Notes under the pieces: generated by a model
What the model saw: the letters and a program-made list of their open reading frames with translations, nothing else
Told to the model about the DNA's origin: nothing
The model's database searches: none
From: Dehalococcoidia bacterium
GTDB taxonomy: Bacteria > Chloroflexota > Dehalococcoidia > UBA6926
Assembly (NCBI GenBank): GCA_965247995.1
Contig: OZ252041.1
Location: 1,218,444 to 1,282,443, forward strand
Length of the DNA: 64,000 nt
Reading direction: 5' to 3'
Made by a program: the position numbers and the translations under genes
Shown here: positions 58,600 to 64,000 of the stretch, one piece after another
Layout: every line of letters begins with the position of its first letter
Numbering within the stretch: position 1 is the stretch's first letter

Positions 58600-61500
58600 T
58601 TATCGTCGGCGAGGTCGCTGTTTACGCCCGCGTTGTCCGCCGCGACGTCGCTGGATGTGCAGACCCTCGCCGACGGTCACGCGGGAACCGCCTAGGTCCA
58701 GGGTCCGCTGGCTTGGCGGGTCGCCATCCCTGCTGAGGACCGTGTACGTCTCGTGTGGAGTGGCGCCCTCGATCGCGAGCGGCGGGATGCCTGCAGGTGG
58801 GTCAGGCGAGACGACCGTCTCTCCGGTGTCGATGTCGACCGTTCTCCATAACCCCCCCGGTTCGCGGTACGCAACGACCTCCGGGTACGACGCGACCTCC
58901 TGATCAATAATGCGACGTCGGTCGATTCGTCCCCGCCGTGGTGAAGCGTCGTCTCGGGGGGAGATTGGGCGCCTCTTATGACGATTCGGCTTCTGCTGCC
59001 CTCCTTCGTCGGTTTCGATTCTTTCAGACGGTGGCCGTTGCTCGGGGGGCTTTTTTCTCTCGGGCGCCTCGCCAACTGGGTCCTCCATCGCCGCCAGTTT
59101 CTTTACGAATCGGCTCGACGTCGCGATGGTTGGGACGACTTTTGGAACCGCCGGCAGGACTTTACTTGGAATGGTATCCGTACGGGTCGTGATGTCCTCG
59201 CCGGTACGGGTCGTGATGTCCTCGCCGGTACGGGTCGTGATGTCCTCGCCGGTATGGGCGGTGATGTCCTCGCCGGTATGGGCGGTGATGTCCTCGCCGG
59301 TATGGGTGGTGATGTCCTCGCCGGTACGGGTCGTGATGTCCTCGCCGGTACGGGTCGTGATGTCCTCGCCGGTACGGGTCGTGATGTCCTCGCCGGTATG
59401 GGTGGTGATGTCCTCGCCGGTACTTGTGGCGATGCCTTCGTCGGTTTCCTGCTGGGTTTCCAGGCGACCGTTGATCGCAGCGTCGATAGGACCGCGGTCT
59501 GCTGCCGACAGCGACGCTGCGGCCTGACGGAGGACGCGGATCGGGAGCGCGGCGATATTGATCTCTAGATTCGCAAAGGCCTCCGCGGCGTCCGCAGACT
59601 CTCGTGCCCGGTCTGCTGCATTTCGGAGCCGGGCTGCGGTCTCTCGGAGCTGTCGTTCTCGCGCGATTGCCTGATCTGCGGCGTGGCGGGTTTGTTGAGT
59701 CTTTTCGAGCCCAGCGCGGTGGCTCGCTGCTTGGGAGCGTAACCCCGCACGCTCTGCGGCGGCCTGAGCGGCCTCGGCGGCAACTCGTTGGGCTTCAGCA
59801 TTTTCCGCCTGCAAGCGGGCTGAGATCGCCGCCCTTCTCTGCCGTTCGACAAGCGCCGCGGCCTGTTTCTGCTGCCTTGCAGCAAGGTCATCGGCATGCT
59901 TAGCAATCGCGGTCGCGCCTTCGCGAAGTTTCCCGCGCTCAATCGCAAGATTCACATCGCCGAACAAACGCTCAGCGCGGGCTGAGCGAGCGGCGGCGGC
60001 GATCGCCTCAGCGTTAGCCGCGGCGGCCTCCGCCTCAGCGACTGACGCACGTTCGGCCAACTGAGTAGCAGCCTGCCGCTCCGTCCGAGCGACCTGCTGA
60101 GCTGTCCTGCTGCTCAGCCCGGCATCATCGACAAGCTGCGATGCTCCTTGGGGAATCGGTAAGGTGATCCCACGCCCCGTCTTAGGGGTAAGAATTAAGC
60201 CACCGGGCCCAATGCGAATGTGGGCGGTGACGATGTCGTCAGGGGTGTGCCCCAAGGCGCGCAATAACTCTTGTACCGGTGCCGAGCGGAGGACGCGGCT
60301 GGCGCCCTCACGCGCAACGGCTCCTGCGGACGAGGCGCCGGCCCCGTGAAGGGCAAACGCGGCGGCAATCAGTGAGCCCACCGCCGCCGGCCCAAAGGCC
60401 TGTTGGTCAAGGTCTTTAACGTCGACAACGCCCTCGCCGCGGCGCTCCACGCCGATAACCTCGCCGGAGTCCGTAAACACAATCCTGTCGCCCTCACGGA
60501 CAGACACAGTAGTGCCGATGGCGAGACCGAAACTGCCGTCGGGCCGCCGAATCGGTCCGGGCGCAATCGAGCCAAGGTTATCTAGGGCCTCGGCAAAGGC
60601 CTCGGCAAGATTGAGGGTGGACTTTCCGGGGTCGATCGCTTTCGGCGATGAACGCGGCGATTGCTCGGTCTCTTGCTCGCGTTGCAGCCGCAGCATGGTT
60701 TCGTGTTCGGACGCCTCGGACTCCAATTCGTCGCGCTGCGGAATATCATCACGTTGACGGTGCAGCCGCAGGGAGGTTTCACGGTCGGAGGCCTCGGACT
60801 CTAGTTCGTCGCGCTGCGGGATATCACGTTCGTCATGCAGCCGCAGGGAGGTTTCACGGTCGGACGCCTCGGACTCCAACTCGTCGCGCTGGGGGATAAG
60901 GTAGGTAGCGGAGTCCGGCTCCTTCTCGATCGGGTCGCCGGCTTCCTCCGCCATGTCAGGCAAGGCGACGGCTTCGGCTCGTGCGCGTCGTTCCGCGTGT
61001 TGGGCGGCCACGCGGTCGGCGGCGGAATCGACCGCTCCATCCTTGCGGAGCTGATCGAGCGCCTCGATGGCGATTGCGACATCCTCCTCGGCAGCTTCGG
61101 GATCGAGGATGACTGCCTCGTAGGCTAGTGCGAGTGCCGTCTGCAGCTCTCGGCGCTCGAGCTCCGCGCGTGCGGCCTCGACGGCCGTCGCGTCTGACTC
61201 ACCGGCCAACGCCGAGTTGAGAATCTGGTCGAGGGCGGCACCGCTGATCCCCTCGTAGAGAGGTTCGTCCTGGTCGTCGTATTCACCGCCGTCCGCGGGC
61301 GCGAAGTCATCCGGCGCGAAGTCGTCCGTGATCGGGTGATCTCCCATCGAGTGGGCAGCATCGGCTGACAGCATGTCGATGGATACCGGCCCCGGTTCCG
61401 CTTTTTCTGGGGGTGCGAGAGGTGATTCGTCGACAAGGAAGTTCCCCTCCTCGTCTATGCCGGCAAACACCAGCATCGAGTCGATCGCACCGTAGCTCTG

Positions 61501-62166
61501 CAGGCGATGAAACTCCTCTTCCGGGCTGAGGCCGCTCATGTCGAGCGCGTCGGGGCCGTCGGTCATAACGACCGATTGCGCCCACTCCGGTAGAGCGTCC
61601 CACTCCTCCTGGTCGACAGACCGGAAGCTCCCGTCATCGTCCATCCCGACGAACGCCCGAGATGGATCGATATACCCCAGCTCTTGATACCGGTCGAACT
61701 GCGCTGCCGGTTCGAGGCCTCCGACGTCCAACGCGACGAGGCCCTCGTCCATGACGGCCTCCTGCGCTAGTTCGGGCTCCGCGTCGAACTCGTCCTTGTA
61801 GACGCGGGCATAGACCGATGGGCCACCGCGGCCCCAAGCGGCGGCCGTTGTATCGATCGGGACGGTGAGCACCTGACGGCCAGGTTCGTCGGTTGCGTCC
61901 GTCAGCGTGGACGGCCCAACGGCGAACCGCTCCCGTTCCTGGCGCCGCGCGTCCTCGAGGAGCGCGAGGTCGGTGAGGTGATATCTTTCGCCCGTGTTCC
62001 GATCGATCGCGAGCTGGTCGTCGCCCTCGGTAACGACATCGAAGCCCAGCTCCTGAGCGATCTCGGTTCCCTTCACCCTGTTGTCGGAGGCGAACGCGTC
62101 GTTCGTCGTTGAGAGTTTCTGAGGCTGGGTTCCGTTGCTGCTTGTGTTCGCTTTTTCTATTGCCAC
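58600..62166 (-). CDS. Giant acidic repeat protein (1188 aa) with coiled-coil and tandem repeats
   Basis: GTG start at 62166 with AGGAGG; 11 x TGEDIT[TA][RH], 3 x IPQRDELESEASDRETSLRLH, Ala/Gln-rich coiled coil, basic tail. Confidence 0.6.
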   Translation of the reverse strand: MAIEKANTSSNGTQPQKLSTTNDAFASDNRVKGTEIAQELGFDVVTEGDDQLAIDRNTGERYHLTDLALLEDARRQERERFAVGPSTLTDATDEPGRQVLTVPIDTTAAAWGRGGPSVYARVYKDEFDAEPELAQEAVMDEGLVALDVGGLEPAAQFDRYQELGYIDPSRAFVGMDDDGSFRSVDQEEWDALPEWAQSVVMTDGPDALDMSGLSPEEEFHRLQSYGAIDSMLVFAGIDEEGNFLVDESPLAPPEKAEPGPVSIDMLSADAAHSMGDHPITDDFAPDDFAPADGGEYDDQDEPLYEGISGAALDQILNSALAGESDATAVEAARAELERRELQTALALAYEAVILDPEAAEEDVAIAIEALDQLRKDGAVDSAADRVAAQHAERRARAEAVALPDMAEEAGDPIEKEPDSATYLIPQRDELESEASDRETSLRLHDERDIPQRDELESEASDRETSLRLHRQRDDIPQRDELESEASEHETMLRLQREQETEQSPRSSPKAIDPGKSTLNLAEAFAEALDNLGSIAPGPIRRPDGSFGLAIGTTVSVREGDRIVFTDSGEVIGVERRGEGVVDVKDLDQQAFGPAAVGSLIAAAFALHGAGASSAGAVAREGASRVLRSAPVQELLRALGHTPDDIVTAHIRIGPGGLILTPKTGRGITLPIPQGASQLVDDAGLSSRTAQQVARTERQAATQLAERASVAEAEAAAANAEAIAAAARSARAERLFGDVNLAIERGKLREGATAIAKHADDLAARQQKQAAALVERQRRAAISARLQAENAEAQRVAAEAAQAAAERAGLRSQAASHRAGLEKTQQTRHAADQAIARERQLRETAARLRNAADRARESADAAEAFANLEINIAALPIRVLRQAAASLSAADRGPIDAAINGRLETQQETDEGIATSTGEDITTHTGEDITTRTGEDITTRTGEDITTRTGEDITTHTGEDITAHTGEDITAHTGEDITTRTGEDITTRTGEDITTRTDTIPSKVLPAVPKVVPTIATSSRFVKKLAAMEDPVGEAPERKKPPEQRPPSERIETDEGGQQKPNRHKRRPISPRDDASPRRGRIDRRRIIDQEVASYPEVVAYREPGGLWRTVDIDTGETVVSPDPPAGIPPLAIEGATPHETYTVLSRDGDPPSQRTLDLGGSRVTVGEGLHIQRRRGGQRGRKQRPRRR
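59180..59443. repeat. 11 tandem 24-bp repeats (GTACGGGTCGTGATGTCCTCGCCG variants) inside giant ORF
   Basis: Near-perfect head-to-tail copies, unit multiple of 3. Confidence 0.8.
60665..60900. repeat. Three tandem ~63-bp repeats inside giant ORF
   Basis: Encode IPQRDELESEASDRETSLRLH units. Confidence 0.6.
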
Positions 62167-62182
62167 CGTGGACCTCCTGTAC

Positions 62183-62572
62183 CTAGAAAGGCAGAAACGC
62201 TCGAACGGTCTGTGCGACTGCGCCAATCAACGTGCCCATGGCGCTGATGAGGCGGACCCCGACGGACGTGACCACGTCCCAGAACATGATTCCGCTGAAG
62301 ACCAGTAAGAACAGCCGTGCGGGCCACAACGGGCCTCCGAGGAAGCTGAACCCCCACGTGGCCAGCGATCCGAGCGCCAGAAACAGTTCGAACGGCCCGA
62401 CCGGTATCGGGAACGGGAGATTGAACCAGGCGAACTCGTTCTCCATGCGGAGTACGTTGAACTGCAGGAGCACATTGAGCGAGCTGGTATCGGGGCTGGC
62501 CCCGCGGAGCAGGTATTCGGCGATCATGAAGACGATCCAGGTAAAGACGAGAGCGCCTTGGAACCGAGCCAC
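62183..62572 (-). CDS. Membrane protein (129 aa)
   Basis: Four predicted TM helices; 17-nt gap to giant ORF. Confidence 0.4.
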   Translation of the reverse strand: MARFQGALVFTWIVFMIAEYLLRGASPDTSSLNVLLQFNVLRMENEFAWFNLPFPIPVGPFELFLALGSLATWGFSFLGGPLWPARLFLLVFSGIMFWDVVTSVGVRLISAMGTLIGAVAQTVRAFLPF

Positions 62573-62586
62573 GCGTCATCTGTCCT

Positions 62587-63963
62587 TCATGCCCTCGAGA
62601 ACTGGTGCAGGCTGACGACCGACCCCGCCGCGATCGCGGATAAGAAGAAGTCGAGCCCATCGATCTTTCCGGCCATGAAAACAGCGCCGAGGACCGCGCA
62701 GTAGGCAACGGCCGCGAGCGGGAGGATTCCCGTCGGGGACGTCGGGCTACGTGTTGCGTGGGCCACCGAAGCGGCGACGAGCAGGCCCACCATGGCGGCG
62801 ATCACGAGCCACCACGCCTCGGGGGTCAAGAGGCCAGCGTTGGCGGCCTCATCGAGCGGTTCCGTGAACGGCGTGCCGGGCAGTTGTTCCCGAGTGCCGA
62901 TCAACTCCTCGGCGCCGGCGAACGAGTCGTCGACCACTCGGACCGGTGGTGTTGAGCTCGTGAGTGTGCCCAAATCGTCGGATGCGAGGATCTCAAGTGG
63001 ACGGACGTCGACGTCGATTGCCGACATATCGCGGACGATCGAGTACTCACCGTCACGGTTCCCACTGGAGGACTGGTCCTCGATGGACCCGAGCCACGTC
63101 CAGCTGTTGTCCGCCGTGCCGGTTTGGGTCTCCGAGACCTCGTCGGGCTCCATCTGCAGGTCCACGACCCACGTCGGGGAAGCGATATCGGTACCGCCAA
63201 GGCGCAGACTGCGGACGTAAGCGGGCACACCATCGCCGACCACGATGTCCGACGAGCTGTATGAGGTAGCCCCGTCGGAGGTAACGCTCGCGCTCCCGTC
63301 GCTCGTCCCTTCGGCGATGGAGAGATCGGTCGAATCGCGCGTGAAGGAGATCGACAACGCGCCAGGTTCGATGCCGTCCAGCGTTACCTGGTCGCTTTGT
63401 TCGTAATATTGCAATACCGCCCAAACGGCGTCGATCTTCACGGTTCGGTTAGAGGATCTCGAGGGGACAGTCACCCCGAATCGGAGGCCGTCGGTGCGCA
63501 TCTGTTCGTACGTCTGGCGTTCGGTGGAGAAGAAGGGGGCGTTGACCGTCGTCCATTGGTCGTCATCACATACGCCTGCGTATTTTTTCGAATCCGCTCC
63601 AGACGAGTCGACGGTCAGCAGATCTATGGACCTGCCTGAGTTCGTGCCGTTCACAAGACATCGCGCGTAGACAGTCATGGTCGAGATGAAACCGACCGTC
63701 GGCAGCCACTCGCTGATATCTGCGGACAACCGCAATCGACCGGACGCGAGCAGAGAACCATGCGAGACAGCCCCGTTGCCTTCGTCCTGGACGAGCTCCC
63801 ACCAGTCGGCGTTGGGGTCGCTTCGTGTTAGAGCCCCTGTAATCGTGGCGTCGGGGCTGATGCTGTCGCTCGTTATCAACGAGGACTGGGCGTGCCAGGC
63901 CACCGCACGCACCTTGTCGCCATCCCCGACCTCGATCTCCCACGCGTGGTCCCGCTTGGCCAA
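62587..63963 (-). CDS. Hypothetical Ser/Thr/Asp-rich protein with C-terminal TM helices (N-terminus may extend beyond window)
   Basis: 458-aa ORF; C-terminal hydrophobic helices. Confidence 0.45.
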   Translation of the reverse strand: MAKRDHAWEIEVGDGDKVRAVAWHAQSSLITSDSISPDATITGALTRSDPNADWWELVQDEGNGAVSHGSLLASGRLRLSADISEWLPTVGFISTMTVYARCLVNGTNSGRSIDLLTVDSSGADSKKYAGVCDDDQWTTVNAPFFSTERQTYEQMRTDGLRFGVTVPSRSSNRTVKIDAVWAVLQYYEQSDQVTLDGIEPGALSISFTRDSTDLSIAEGTSDGSASVTSDGATSYSSSDIVVGDGVPAYVRSLRLGGTDIASPTWVVDLQMEPDEVSETQTGTADNSWTWLGSIEDQSSSGNRDGEYSIVRDMSAIDVDVRPLEILASDDLGTLTSSTPPVRVVDDSFAGAEELIGTREQLPGTPFTEPLDEAANAGLLTPEAWWLVIAAMVGLLVAASVAHATRSPTSPTGILPLAAVAYCAVLGAVFMAGKIDGLDFFLSAIAAGSVVSLHQFSRA

Positions 63964-64000
63964 CGTTTCCCACTCCCCGGCTGGTGGAATCGTGGGTACG

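Noticed and set aside
59180-59443. Regular 24-bp tandem repeats that could be mistaken for a CRISPR array
   Set aside because: There are no spacers (units are contiguous), they lie inside a long ORF encoding octapeptide repeats, and there are no cas genes.

Overview
High-GC bacterial chromosome segment. RNase Y, Rex and the F-ATPase gene order suggest a Chloroflexota/Thermomicrobia-like or other deep Terrabacteria lineage, but this is inference.

Positions 1-37200 are core genome:
- rny, recA (with a Cheo-type LexA box), ffh, a Gfo/Idh/MocA oxidoreductase, and an orphan SbcC/Rad50-like ATPase next to a BFN-domain nuclease.
- A complete F1Fo ATP synthase operon (atpZ/I-like, atpBEFHAG, two HAD hydrolases, atpDC) carrying two HAD hydrolase genes between atpG and atpD.
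- rex, then a convergent siroheme/sulfate-assimilation cluster on the minus strand: hemC, cobA-hemD fusion, sirC, a hemD-like gene, sulfite reductase, sat, cysC, cysH, tauE.
- An MrfA-like DUF1998 helicase, lspA, rluD-like, gltX, and tRNA-Asp(GTC) at 37115-37193.

Immediately 3' of the tRNA, an accessory/mobile region runs to at least 56280 and probably to the window end. It is a string of short, translationally coupled genes typical of integrative elements or phage satellites:
- tandem excisionase-like HTH protein, several zinc-ribbon and TraR/DksA-type small proteins, and a CHC2-Toprim primase fused to a DUF927/helicase-like domain.
- A dense iteron array directly downstream of the primase, the likely replication origin, as in PICI/SaPI-type islands.
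- A minimal Pol X-like nucleotidyltransferase, MazG-like NTP pyrophosphatase, a small Fic protein, beta-class DNA methyltransferase, ASCH protein, J-domain-like protein with HTD instead of HPD, and a dCTP-deaminase-like protein.
- HTH regulators, a DUF4258/DUF2283 pair, a truncated serine recombinase with a degenerate duplicated 3' fragment 3 kb downstream, and HigB/HigA.
- A two-gene coupled cassette of unknown function flanked by two related perfect palindromes.

No tyrosine integrase, capsid, terminase or portal genes are visible in the window. The last 8 kb is a minus-strand operon of membrane proteins around a 1188-aa acidic protein with 11 perfect in-frame 24-bp tandem repeats and three 63-bp repeats.

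The most promising candidates for an undescribed system are the iteron-replicon element at tRNA-Asp, the palindrome-flanked two-gene cassette at 53.5-54.8 kb, and the giant repeat-protein membrane operon.
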